DNA of 52,584 nt, taken from an archaeon (GTDB lineage Archaea > Thermoplasmatota > Thermoplasmata > WALJ01). Below the pieces are notes generated by a model, which worked only from the letters and a program-made list of their open reading frames with translations, ran no database searches and was not told the origin of the DNA. The DNA is taken from assembly GCA_024278375.1 (NCBI GenBank), contig JAJRTH010000075.1, positions 1 through 52,584 of the forward strand, written 5' to 3'. Made by a program: the position numbers and the translations under genes. Positions 1-9,569 of this stretch are shown here, one piece after another; within the stretch, counting starts at the first letter, position 1; every line of letters begins with the position of its first letter.

Positions 1-108
1 ATGTATCTTTTACTGACACTTCTTCCTTTACTGATTGCTCTCGTTGTATTTGCCTTTGTTCATTTAAGAAAGGGGCGGCATAACAATTCTCAAGAGGTGA
101 TGAAATAG
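1..108 (+). CDS. C-terminal fragment (membrane anchor) of a gene probably starting left of the window
   Basis: Open frame from base 1, MYLLLTLLPLLIALVVFAFVHLRKGRH...TAG(106-108): hydrophobic helix followed by a basic tail. Confidence 0.45.
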   Translation: MYLLLTLLPLLIALVVFAFVHLRKGRHNNSQEVMK

Positions 109-390
109 ATGCAGAACAATTCGGACGGGGACGAGGCTCCTGACTGGTTTGAGATATCTTACATGGGATACAACACAGATACGGATGGCGATGGAATAAC
201 AAACCCGTGGGACTGGGACTCCGACGGAGACCTGATACCGGATGGAAAGGAGATAGAGATCAATCCAGCAACAGAAGATGTTACATTTATTACGAACCCA
301 CTGGTTTACAACGATTTCGATGAGGATAAAACGGAGATACGGCAGGATATCGAAAGGGATGCCCTTTCTGTGAGCAGAGATAATAAATGA
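109..390 (+). CDS. Short acidic protein with DxDGDG Ca2+-binding-type repeats (possibly a fragment)
   Basis: DGDEAPD, DTDGDGI and DSDGDLIPDG motifs; GAGGTGA SD at 94-100. Confidence 0.55.
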   Translation: MQNNSDGDEAPDWFEISYMGYNTDTDGDGITNPWDWDSDGDLIPDGKEIEINPATEDVTFITNPLVYNDFDEDKTEIRQDIERDALSVSRDNK

Positions 391-485
391 ACGGTGATTG
401 CCCCCGTTCTTTTCTTTCGGAGGTTTCTGACATCTTCAGACTATGCGGGCCGAAATCTGTCAGGAATGCGAACTAACCATAGAGT

Positions 486-1715
486 CTAAAGCTCGAACTC
501 TTCACCCTCTTCCGGCAGATATATGTCAAATTCAGAGGAAAGATCGGCCGCAAGAGCCTCTCTATTGTCGCCGTGCATGAGAACTATTGTTTCAGGCTCA
601 CATGCTCTGGCGAATTCCACCAGCTCCGAATGGCTGGCATGCGCAGAGAAATCGTACTGCCTCACCTCTGCCTCTATCCTTTCGACCACGCCGTAGAAAT
701 CCAGCTCTCCTGTTTCGACGAGCCTCCTTCCATTTGTACCTTCCACCTGATAGCCGGTTATGAGGATGGCGCTGTCCGCCTTTTTTCTGATTCTTTCCGC
801 ATACATGAGAACCGGACCTCCGTCCATCATCCCGCTGGTTGTGATTATCACATCGGCGTTTTTGGAGGCCAGTTCCCGGTCTCTCTTTCCCCGAACCATG
901 TTCACTCCTTTTATCGCCTTTTTGAGTTTGCTTGCGGACCTTATGTAGCTGGGATAGTCCAGATATATGTAGGAAATCCCCTTCCCCATTCCATCAACCC
1001 ACACCTCATAACCTCTCCCGGCTAGAAGTAGGATCATCTCCTGCGTTCTCCCAACACCGAATGACGGCACTATAACCTGTCCTCCTCTGGACACAATCTC
1101 TTCCACATCATTGAGGAATTCCGTTTCATGCTCCCTTCTGTCGGGATGTTCTCTTCCGGCATATGTGGATTCCATTATCAGCACGTCGGTTTTAACAGGA
1201 TGGGCTGCCCATACCAGCCTTGTGTTTATGGTGTTGATGTCTCCAGTAAAAAGGTAGCTTTTCCTGCCTATGACCTCATACATAGTAGCTCCGGGTATGT
1301 GGCCCGCCGAATGTGCCGTTATCTCAAGACCTACCGCATCTATGGAATCTCCGAAATCCGCATATCTGAAAGCTTGTTTGGTCTCCTTCACATCTCTTTT
1401 GTAATAAGGGCTCGGATATCCCTCGTAATCGCTCACTTTCAGGATATCCTCCATCAGAACCTCAGCGACCACAGCAGTGACTTCTGTAGCTATCACATCA
1501 ACATCATATCGCGAAACTATCCACGGAACCATACCCGAGTGGTCCACATGGGCATGGCTAAGGAACATCATATCCACCTCTGGGGATGGCACGGGAAATT
1601 CCGGGGGTGAAGTGGGCGTCATGCCATAGTCGAAGAGAAGCCTCAAACCGTTTTCCTCGGCAAGCAGCCCTAGACTACCGACTTTACTGGCTCCTCCTAG
1701 GAACTTGAACTTCAT
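486..1715 (-). CDS. Beta-CASP metallo-beta-lactamase ribonuclease (aCPSF2-like)
   Basis: SHAHVDHSG, AGHIPG, TGD, MESTY, GRTQE, GYQVEGT and FSAHA motifs. Confidence 0.9.
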   Translation of the reverse strand: MKFKFLGGASKVGSLGLLAEENGLRLLFDYGMTPTSPPEFPVPSPEVDMMFLSHAHVDHSGMVPWIVSRYDVDVIATEVTAVVAEVLMEDILKVSDYEGYPSPYYKRDVKETKQAFRYADFGDSIDAVGLEITAHSAGHIPGATMYEVIGRKSYLFTGDINTINTRLVWAAHPVKTDVLIMESTYAGREHPDRREHETEFLNDVEEIVSRGGQVIVPSFGVGRTQEMILLLAGRGYEVWVDGMGKGISYIYLDYPSYIRSASKLKKAIKGVNMVRGKRDRELASKNADVIITTSGMMDGGPVLMYAERIRKKADSAILITGYQVEGTNGRRLVETGELDFYGVVERIEAEVRQYDFSAHASHSELVEFARACEPETIVLMHGDNREALAADLSSEFDIYLPEEGEEFEL

Positions 1716-1757
1716 AGCGCTCCATTGGCAGCCAATATATAATTCTTGGCATCCCCC

Positions 1758-3689
1758 TTATTTCTCTATCTCGAATCTCTCCGGGGATATCGGCCGCATG
1801 GTCTCATAACTCCGTCCTTCCACCCTTTTCCTAGCCGAAAAAAACATCAGAACGGAAAACAATAGAAGTGCTAAGACATAGACCATGTATGATGCGCCTC
1901 TATCCGAGCCATCTTCTACAGAGCCACTAGCACCATATTCTACCGAGGGTTTCATGACGGTGGTGGAGGAAAATCCGGTCTTGTTGCCCACAGAGGCTCT
2001 GACCTCTATTTTGAGGGAATTTTCGAAATCAGGCACCCTGAGGCTCATCGAATAGATGCCTTCTCCGACCCTTTTCGGAGGAAACATAGGTTTCCCTCCT
2101 ACAGTCATGTCGACGGTGGCGTTGTCCACCGGCTTCCCCGAATCACATATCTCAAGGGTTATGTTTATCGTATCGCCAGGAACAGCCTCTTTTTTGTCTG
2201 TGCTCAGCGAAACATCGATGCCGGGAGCTTTTTCCATGAAAACAAGGCGCCTGGTTTCCCAGGAATAGAACCTTATAGGGTTCTCCTCGAAAGAAAGGTC
2301 GGATTCGGCCTCTATCTCGCACCAGGAATATCTCTTCCCATTGACAGTATGTACGAGGTAAGGCGCCAGAAATCCCGCAGTTCCGTCTCTGTATGTCACT
2401 CCTTTGGCTATCTCCTCACCAAGAAACCTCAATTTAAGCCTAACCCAGTTAATGGGAGCGCCTTCGTAGTCCAGAGCGGTTACCCGGACCCAGCTGGCGA
2501 GATACAGTTTGGAGGTACCGGATATAAGATATTTGTCAGAATACATATGGCCCGCAAAAACCACCATGGAATCTTTCAGATAGAGATTCCTCGTAACATT
2601 GTCGAACTTCACTCCGCTCACTATCGTCCTATTGGACGAATATAGCATTATTCCGTAGTTTTTCACATCTTTTAATTCGCCAAACAGGATGTGATTGCGG
2701 AAGGAATTGCGCAACTTTATTCCAACGGATGTAGACAATAGATTATTTTTCAAGATGTTAAAATCGGATCTTTCAAGAAGTACGCCCATATATGATACAG
2801 TTATGTTATTATCCTCAATAGTATTGTTTGAAGATTTATAGAGATGTATCCCGGCAACACCATTTATTGTTAGGGTGTTGCTCAACAGCCGATTTCTTTG
2901 ACTCTCTTCTCCTGTGATGAATATCCCTTCTTGATTGGTCTTTTTAATAGTATTGTTCGATATGAGAGCATAGCTCTCGTTCTCTATTCTTATCCCTTGG
3001 GCAATGGAGTCACGGGACGGAAGAGATATCTTCTCTATGAAAGCACCTTTTATGACATTCCCCTCCCCTCCTTCCATCCATATTCCTGTCCTGTAATTCT
3101 CGGTTATGTTTGCGCCCACAATAGACAGGTTCTCACATCTCAAGAACCGCATTCCCCAGGAGTTCCTGTGTAGTGTTATGTTCCGCAATGTCGTGTTTTT
3201 CAGTCCCTGGGCCCAGAGAGGGCAGTAGTTCCACCGCAATGTCGTATTACTCATATCCAGTTTCCCGAGCACATAAAGTCCGCTCCTCTCACCATCCTCA
3301 TAACCGGAGTATTCTATATAGGAATGTTCGGAGGACATCAATGCGCCCTTTTCTATTACAATATAATATCTGTTTTCCGGATTTTCCGCCGTTATTTTGG
3401 AGTAGGACATACTGAGATATCCCGTTTCCACAGCGATTCTGAACTGCCCGTCCGCATAACACCTCATTATGAGTGTGGAGTTCAGTAGTTCCAGCCCTCC
3501 GCCTCTGATAAGGAGGTTTCCCTGCAGAACTATGGTTCTGTTAACAACGGTTGTGTTCTCGGTTATTATCCAATCACCGATAATCTCTTCTAATCCCGCA
3601 TCGGAATAATCGATAACCGCGGCAGGCGAAACTCCGGAGATGACGGCACTTAGAAGGATCAGGATTGCGACCCCGAACGAATATCTCAC
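1758..3689 (-). CDS. Secreted, membrane-anchored right-handed beta-helix (NosD/CASH-like) protein
   Basis: N-terminal signal peptide; repeated GIxLxxSxNNxIxxN beta-helix units; Ig-like region; C-terminal TM helix and basic tail. Confidence 0.75.
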   Translation of the reverse strand: MRYSFGVAILILLSAVISGVSPAAVIDYSDAGLEEIIGDWIITENTTVVNRTIVLQGNLLIRGGGLELLNSTLIMRCYADGQFRIAVETGYLSMSYSKITAENPENRYYIVIEKGALMSSEHSYIEYSGYEDGERSGLYVLGKLDMSNTTLRWNYCPLWAQGLKNTTLRNITLHRNSWGMRFLRCENLSIVGANITENYRTGIWMEGGEGNVIKGAFIEKISLPSRDSIAQGIRIENESYALISNNTIKKTNQEGIFITGEESQRNRLLSNTLTINGVAGIHLYKSSNNTIEDNNITVSYMGVLLERSDFNILKNNLLSTSVGIKLRNSFRNHILFGELKDVKNYGIMLYSSNRTIVSGVKFDNVTRNLYLKDSMVVFAGHMYSDKYLISGTSKLYLASWVRVTALDYEGAPINWVRLKLRFLGEEIAKGVTYRDGTAGFLAPYLVHTVNGKRYSWCEIEAESDLSFEENPIRFYSWETRRLVFMEKAPGIDVSLSTDKKEAVPGDTINITLEICDSGKPVDNATVDMTVGGKPMFPPKRVGEGIYSMSLRVPDFENSLKIEVRASVGNKTGFSSTTVMKPSVEYGASGSVEDGSDRGASYMVYVLALLLFSVLMFFSARKRVEGRSYETMRPISPERFEIEK

Positions 3690-3799
3690 ATATGCGCATT
3701 CTCTGCATGGTTAATGTATTTTTTGGTTCGTTGAATTTCGGAAGGCATATCAAAAAATCTATAAGGCACGTTTCGATACCCCACCCATAAGGTGACGCC

Positions 3800-4474
3800 A
3801 TGTATGTTGTAATCGTAGGCGGAGGAAGGGTCGGCAGGGACATAGCCGAACTCCTTCTACCCGAAGGTCATGATGTCGTGATTCTCGATAGGGACGAAGA
3901 GGTATGCAACCAGTTGACCAGGGAATATGACGCCCTGATAATCAAAGGGGACGGTACGGACATCGAATATCTCAAAGAGGCGGGTGTCAACAAGGCGGAT
4001 GCCCTCCTCGCCGTTACTGGAGACGATAAGGTAAATCTAATAGTGTGCCAGCTCGCACAGAAACTTTTCAAGGTTCCGAGGGTCGTGGGGAGGGTAAACG
4101 AGCCAAAGAACGAAAGTGTTTTCGTAACTCTTGGGATAAGGTCCACGGTAAGCACCACAAGGGCCTCTGCCCTGTACATAAAGAATGAAATAACCGAGGA
4201 AAGAACGGTTCTTACGATTGCCGGAGGAAAGGCGGAGATACTGGAACTGGAGGTGAAGAAACACTCGCCAGTTGCCAACACGAAGATAAAAAACGCTGGA
4301 TTCCCTAAAGGCGTCCACGTCCTCTCCATACTAAGGGCGGATAGAGCGATATTTCCCGACGAGGAGACCATAATAAGGCCCGGCGACATTCTGACAATAC
4401 TTTCCAGACTCAGCACGGCGGGTGAGGTCAAGCAGCTCGTGAACGGGAAAAAGAGGTTTAGATTTGGCATCTAG
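3800..4474 (+). CDS. trkA: Trk potassium uptake NAD-binding subunit
   Basis: VIVGGGRVG Rossmann motif, GDGTD, RCK_C domain; adjacent to trkH. Confidence 0.92.
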   Translation: MYVVIVGGGRVGRDIAELLLPEGHDVVILDRDEEVCNQLTREYDALIIKGDGTDIEYLKEAGVNKADALLAVTGDDKVNLIVCQLAQKLFKVPRVVGRVNEPKNESVFVTLGIRSTVSTTRASALYIKNEITEERTVLTIAGGKAEILELEVKKHSPVANTKIKNAGFPKGVHVLSILRADRAIFPDEETIIRPGDILTILSRLSTAGEVKQLVNGKKRFRFGI

Positions 4475-6008
4475 GTCCTCCACCCAGGTGTTTTATTTCG
4501 GAAAAAAAGGCGCTTCCGAATTAAAGGAGAGCATAAAGCACAGACTTAGGCATTATAGCACGGCCTATTCTCTTCTATATTATATAGGAATGATTCTTTT
4601 CGTCGGAGGAATCCCTCTCTTCATACCCGCGGCAATGGCGATATTGCTCGACGGAGACCCGGTCCTCGCATACTGCTTCTACATGCCCGGGATAGCGTCT
4701 CTGATATTCGGGTTCGGCTTCACCAGGGTATTCAGAAAGGTCGATCTCGATCTCGGAGCGGCCATACTCCTTTCGGCCCTGGTATGGTTGATACTCACGG
4801 CCATAGGTTCCGCACCTTTCTTCATGGCCCACGATCTTGTTGATGTTTCCGTCGGCCTCACGCCTCTGGATGCTTTTTTCGAGTCTATGTCGGGATATAC
4901 GGCCACCGGCCTTACGATGTACACGAATGTTGAGATACTGCCGAAATCAATACTCTTCTGGCGCAGTCTGACGGAGTGGATAGGGGGTGTGGGCGTGATA
5001 GTGCTGTTCCTGACCGTTCTGATAAGAAGGTCCGGAACCGTCGCGCACAAACTTTACTCCGCCGAAGGTCGATCCGATAGGATAGTCCCCAGCGTAATAA
5101 GGACCGCCAGACATATATGGCTCATATATCTGGGTTACACTCTTGCCGGAGCACTCGCTCTATATGCCTTGGGAATGCCTTTCTTCGATTCCCTGAATCA
5201 TTCTATGACAGCACTGGCGACAGGCGGATTTTCCGTAAAAAATCAGAGTATCGGCGCATACAACAACATGGCCTACAACGACGTCATAATAGTCCTCATG
5301 CTTCTCGGAGGCATATCTTTCGTCCTCCACAGCAAGATATTGAGGGGAAAAATAAAGGAATTCCTTTCCAACATCGAGACGACGACCATGTTTTTCCTGG
5401 TGCTTTTCTTCAGCATGGTAATATATCTCAACCTTTTCGGACTTAGTTTCGACCCGGCAGGATTTCAACACAGCACCTTCCAGAGCGTGTCAGCATTAAC
5501 CGGTACGGGTTTCGCAACTCAGGACATATCGCAGTGGAGCGATTTCTCGAAGTTCTCTCTGACGATACTCATGATATTTGGAGGCGGCTACGGTTCGACA
5601 GCATCGGCGCTGAAACTCATCAGGGTGGCCGTCCTTCTCTATGCCATATGGTGGACTGCAAAAAAAGTGCTCTTACCGGAGCACACGGTTATGCGATTCA
5701 GGCTTGGCGGGAAGTTTTACACGTGGGAGGAACTCAGTTCGGTGGCCCTCTACGCCTGGCTTTATCTCGTGGTTCTCGTTCTCGGCGCCATAGTGTTCAT
5801 GTTCGACGGTCACAGCGCCGTTGATTCGCTTTTCGAAGTGGCGTCTGCTGAGGGAAACGTTGGTTTGAGTGTGGGCATAACCTCCCCATTAATGCCCGCA
5901 CACCAGAAAATCGTTCTGATAATAGAGATGTGGGCAGGCAGGCTTGAGATATTCCCAGTGCTAATACTCCTCTTTGCACCGTTCAAGAGAAAGATAAGAG
6001 GCATGTGA
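4464..6008 (+). CDS. trkH: Trk potassium uptake permease
   Basis: FESMSGYTATG, TALATGGFS, SALTGTGF and SAEGNVGLS pore motifs; MWAGRLEI. Confidence 0.93.
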   Translation: MASRSSTQVFYFGKKGASELKESIKHRLRHYSTAYSLLYYIGMILFVGGIPLFIPAAMAILLDGDPVLAYCFYMPGIASLIFGFGFTRVFRKVDLDLGAAILLSALVWLILTAIGSAPFFMAHDLVDVSVGLTPLDAFFESMSGYTATGLTMYTNVEILPKSILFWRSLTEWIGGVGVIVLFLTVLIRRSGTVAHKLYSAEGRSDRIVPSVIRTARHIWLIYLGYTLAGALALYALGMPFFDSLNHSMTALATGGFSVKNQSIGAYNNMAYNDVIIVLMLLGGISFVLHSKILRGKIKEFLSNIETTTMFFLVLFFSMVIYLNLFGLSFDPAGFQHSTFQSVSALTGTGFATQDISQWSDFSKFSLTILMIFGGGYGSTASALKLIRVAVLLYAIWWTAKKVLLPEHTVMRFRLGGKFYTWEELSSVALYAWLYLVVLVLGAIVFMFDGHSAVDSLFEVASAEGNVGLSVGITSPLMPAHQKIVLIIEMWAGRLEIFPVLILLFAPFKRKIRGM

Positions 6009-6009
6009 G

Positions 6010-6729
6010 CTACTCGCTGATCATTATATAAAGAAAATTCTCGAGATGCCTTGCGAGCGCAGGATTGTCCGTATAGCCGCATGCGCTCAGATCATGAGAT
6101 GCCAGGAGTGCTCTCTCGCCGTCGCTTATTATGTCGGTGGCAATCAGACCTTTCTTATGAAAAACTCTCGTACAAGGAGGTGCTTTCTGGAAAGGCTCCG
6201 TTATCACGGTGATTTCGATATCTCTTGTCAGTGCGGCGGAGAAGTTCTTGCTCAGGTTCTCCCTTATCTCGCTTATTACAGGTGTCGCTATGAGAAATCT
6301 CTTGGTCGTCGTATCCAGCAGTTCGGCTATTTTCTTCAGCACCCTCTCCTTTCCCGAGATTGTGTAAACTATCTGCGGCTCTCCATACTCCGAAACTATA
6401 TCCCTCAAAAGAGCGAGTTTTTCGAAAGTCTCATCTATCTGCTTGACGAATTTCTCCCTGAGTTTTTCAGGAGATATAGGCCTGTAAACCCTTGGCCTAC
6501 CCTCGCTGCTCACCACGAAACCCTTTCTTTCTAGCCCGGAAAGGGCTTTGTAGGATGATGTCCTGGGTATTTTCGCCATCTTCGCTATGAACTCGGCATC
6601 ACCATAACCGTATGCTACAAGAGCCATGTAGGCCCTGCTCTCGTAGGAAGATAGTCCCAGATGCTCGAGCCCGGATTTAAGGGCCTCATATTCCGCCTTA
6701 AGGTCGATTCTTCCGCCCATTTCAACCAA
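6010..6729 (-). CDS. TrmB-family transcriptional regulator
   Basis: LGLSSYESRAYMAL...IPRTSSYKAL..LERKGFV..GRPRVY TrmB wHTH plus C-terminal effector domain. Confidence 0.88.
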   Translation of the reverse strand: MVEMGGRIDLKAEYEALKSGLEHLGLSSYESRAYMALVAYGYGDAEFIAKMAKIPRTSSYKALSGLERKGFVVSSEGRPRVYRPISPEKLREKFVKQIDETFEKLALLRDIVSEYGEPQIVYTISGKERVLKKIAELLDTTTKRFLIATPVISEIRENLSKNFSAALTRDIEITVITEPFQKAPPCTRVFHKKGLIATDIISDGERALLASHDLSACGYTDNPALARHLENFLYIMISE

Positions 6730-8188
6730 GCAGATCCTTAATCTCTTCCTTTACCTTATCGAAGTCCGGGTCCTTCATAACCTTGTTTCTATTCTCTGGA
6801 TCTATGTCTATGGCCCTTTTCAGGAAGGTCTTCACAAGCTGCGCATTTCCTTTTATGGCCTCCAGCTTTGCCTTGTAATACCATGCTGTTCCCACATTCG
6901 GGTCCCTTCGCACCACCTGGTTAAAGGCATTGACCGCAATGTCGTTCTTCCCGAGCTTGTAGAAGCATATCCCTTTGCTGAGCCATGCCGTTATGTCGTC
7001 GGGATTTCTCTTGGAAACCTCATTGAACGCCTTAATGGCCTCTTCGTATTTGCCCATAGCGAGGAGCGTGGCTCCTAGATTGTGCCACATGGTCTCGTCG
7101 TCCGGAAACATATCGGCTAGCTTCCGGAAGACCGGAAGAGCCTCCTCGAACCTATCTTTACCGTAGAGAGCTTCCCCCTTCGCAAGAAGTAGTTCAGGGT
7201 CATCCGGCCTGTATTTGAGCATCTTATCGTAATACGAAAGGTTCTCCGGGTCCAGTTCAAGAAGTTTCCGGTATATCTCTATGGCCTCGTCCACATTTCC
7301 GGATTTTTCAAGGAACACGGCCTTTCTGTACAGTATCTCCACATTCTCCGGGTCCTTTTCGAGAAGTCTGTCCAGCAGGGTTATTTTGTCAGGGTCCTTC
7401 TCTATAAGTTGAGAATAAACTTCCGCCGCTTCTTTCAACTTTCCCTCCTTTTCAAGAGCCTCTCCTTTCTTTACAAGAATCTCAAGGTTGCCGGGTTCAA
7501 GTTTCATTATGACCTCGGCCAGTTTTTCGTCGCCCGGATTTAGGGAATAGGCCTTCTTGAATGCTTCCAGAGCTCCTTTTTTGTCCTTAAGCTTCAGGAG
7601 TGCCTTCCCTTTCCTTATCCAGAGCTTGGGCTCATCGGGCTTTATTGAAAGCATCTTGTCTATGTACTTCATCGCATTCTTGGGATCGTTTTCCATCAGG
7701 GTCTCGTATATTTCCAGGGCCTCATCCATCCTTCCGACCACTCTCAGAATATTCGCCTTCTTTATCAGCGCCTTCTTGTTGTTCGGCTGCAATTTCAGTA
7801 CATGGTCAAGACACAGAAGAGCGTATTCGTTCATGGTGTTCATGGAGACGTAGACAGCGGCCTTCAACATCCACGCATCCGCATTATCCTTGTCCAGGGC
7901 AAGCGCCTTTTCAAGGCATTCCAAGGCATGGTCGGTTTCGCCGAGTGCATAGAATCCTTGGGCTATCTCTATGTATATCTGTGAGAATGTTTCGGGATAC
8001 TTCTTGGCGTTCTCCTCTTCGGTCCTTAGAAACCTCATGACCCTTCTGTACTCTGCCGCCGCTTTTTCCTTGTCTCCTTTAATCTGGAGGGCTTTCGCTC
8101 CGTTAATCATTTTCTGGGCTTCTTTTTTTATCTTTTCCGCTTTTCCTGAGCCGAATGCTGCCGTGTGTCTACCTCCTTTGCTTCTCAA
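6722..8188 (-). CDS. Tetratricopeptide repeat protein
   Basis: Many TPR units (AW..KG..L..LG.Y.EA...F); start codon uncertain. Confidence 0.88.
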   Translation of the reverse strand: MRSKGGRHTAAFGSGKAEKIKKEAQKMINGAKALQIKGDKEKAAAEYRRVMRFLRTEEENAKKYPETFSQIYIEIAQGFYALGETDHALECLEKALALDKDNADAWMLKAAVYVSMNTMNEYALLCLDHVLKLQPNNKKALIKKANILRVVGRMDEALEIYETLMENDPKNAMKYIDKMLSIKPDEPKLWIRKGKALLKLKDKKGALEAFKKAYSLNPGDEKLAEVIMKLEPGNLEILVKKGEALEKEGKLKEAAEVYSQLIEKDPDKITLLDRLLEKDPENVEILYRKAVFLEKSGNVDEAIEIYRKLLELDPENLSYYDKMLKYRPDDPELLLAKGEALYGKDRFEEALPVFRKLADMFPDDETMWHNLGATLLAMGKYEEAIKAFNEVSKRNPDDITAWLSKGICFYKLGKNDIAVNAFNQVVRRDPNVGTAWYYKAKLEAIKGNAQLVKTFLKRAIDIDPENRNKVMKDPDFDKVKEEIKDLLG

Positions 8189-8222
8189 TCAACATAGACA
8201 ACTTTGTTATAAAGTCTTCGGT

Positions 8223-8660
8223 TCAGTCGAATAAAATCTCTATCCTTTCAACCCGGGATACAGGTATCTTTTCACGACCTTCATTCCTTATCTCAAGGAG
8301 TTCCTGCCTTTTCAGGGCCATTATGTCGAAATACACGTTCTTATAGTCTCTTTTAATCGTCTGGGCAAGTTCCTTTATAGATCCGACACCGTTTTTTGCG
8401 AGAAAATCCAGAATTTCTGCTCTGGAAGCACTTATGACACCGAAAATCGAAGAATCATAAAACACAATCTCTTCCTCCATTTCAGCCCCTTTCCTGGAAG
8501 CTTTCCATATCTCGTAGTCATCAATTATTGTGGGAGAGGAGCATTTCTCTATCGAGACCTTTTGACCCAGTGAGTCCAGGGTGCCGTATTTCTCTTCGAA
8601 TTCTCTTTCTTTCTCCCGCATATACTCCTTATCAGCCCTTTTCTTTATTATCGTCTTCAT
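8223..8660 (-). CDS. HVO_A0114-like wHTH protein (putative antitoxin/regulator)
   Basis: SIKELAQTIKRDYKNVYFDIMALKRQELLEI...GREKIP pattern. Confidence 0.7.
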   Translation of the reverse strand: MKTIIKKRADKEYMREKEREFEEKYGTLDSLGQKVSIEKCSSPTIIDDYEIWKASRKGAEMEEEIVFYDSSIFGVISASRAEILDFLAKNGVGSIKELAQTIKRDYKNVYFDIMALKRQELLEIRNEGREKIPVSRVERIEILFD

Positions 8661-8962
8661 CAGAAATCCTCCAGTGACATGGCGGCAAGATTTCTTCTGA
8701 ATATCCTAACCAGATGTTCTATCTCCTCGAACTCCTTTTCCGGGCTGTTTTTCTGTTCCAGCAAGGCGCCGTTTTCATCGTATCTGTCTATATGCGGTTG
8801 CTGCTGGAAATTATCCCATCTTACGCACGGAACCCATCCCTTTTTCCCCTCGACCCTGTATGTGTAACTGTAGAACTTCCTTCTGTCGCCGTCATATATT
8901 TCCAGGGAGTCTATAATCTCGTTTTTACGGATATAGATGCGCTTTTTTCTTATTTTGAGCAC
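8660..8962 (-). CDS. DUF6516/TumE-like putative toxin
   Basis: YSYTY...VRWDN...PH pattern; stop overlaps the start of the downstream wHTH gene. Confidence 0.55.
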   Translation of the reverse strand: MLKIRKKRIYIRKNEIIDSLEIYDGDRRKFYSYTYRVEGKKGWVPCVRWDNFQQQPHIDRYDENGALLEQKNSPEKEFEEIEHLVRIFRRNLAAMSLEDF

Positions 8963-9029
8963 GATTATGCATGATCCTCCGGTTTATAAAGGTATCGTCT
9001 GGCCGACCGCCGATAATCTCTTTTCCGAT

Positions 9030-9569
9030 TCACCCGTCTTCGTACGCATAACCCGTCTCAAAGGCCTTTTCATTCAGAGCCTTGACCTTCTTGGGAACCA
9101 TCTCCAGAACAGCTTTTTTGGCGCTCTCCTTCGTAACTATCCCGGTTACCTTTGTTATGAAACCGACCATGACGATGTTGGCCACTATTCTGTTGCCCAG
9201 TTCTTCTGCGATTTTCGTTGCGGGTATCGAATGGAACTCGCCGACGCCATCGGGTTTTCCATCGATTTTCACGAGATCCCTTTCTATTATCAGGGTGCCT
9301 CCTTTCTTGAGCTTCGGAAAATATGTCGTGAACGCCTCCTGGGACATTATCACCATTATGTCCGGTTTCGTGGGATATGGATAATCCACCTTGCTGTCAT
9401 CGACAACGACACCGGATGATGAGGCTCCGCCTCTTGCCTCCGGACCGTATGACTGGGTGAAAACCGCCTCCCTTTTGTCGTAAAGGCTGAGAGCCCTTGC
9501 GATGACGAGTCCTGCGAGGATAACTCCCTGCCCTCCGAAACCACCTATCTGAAGTTCGGTTCGGACCAT
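9030..9569 (-). CDS. korG: 2-oxoacid:ferredoxin oxidoreductase gamma subunit
   Basis: GGFGGQGVI and QSYGPEARGG motifs. Confidence 0.9.
   Translation of the reverse strand: MVRTELQIGGFGGQGVILAGLVIARALSLYDKREAVFTQSYGPEARGGASSSGVVVDDSKVDYPYPTKPDIMVIMSQEAFTTYFPKLKKGGTLIIERDLVKIDGKPDGVGEFHSIPATKIAEELGNRIVANIVMVGFITKVTGIVTKESAKKAVLEMVPKKVKALNEKAFETGYAYEDG

Noticed and set aside
100-111. Readthrough of TAG 106-108 fusing the first two ORFs
   Set aside because: ATG 109 has its own GAGGTGA SD and the upstream frame ends like a normal membrane anchor
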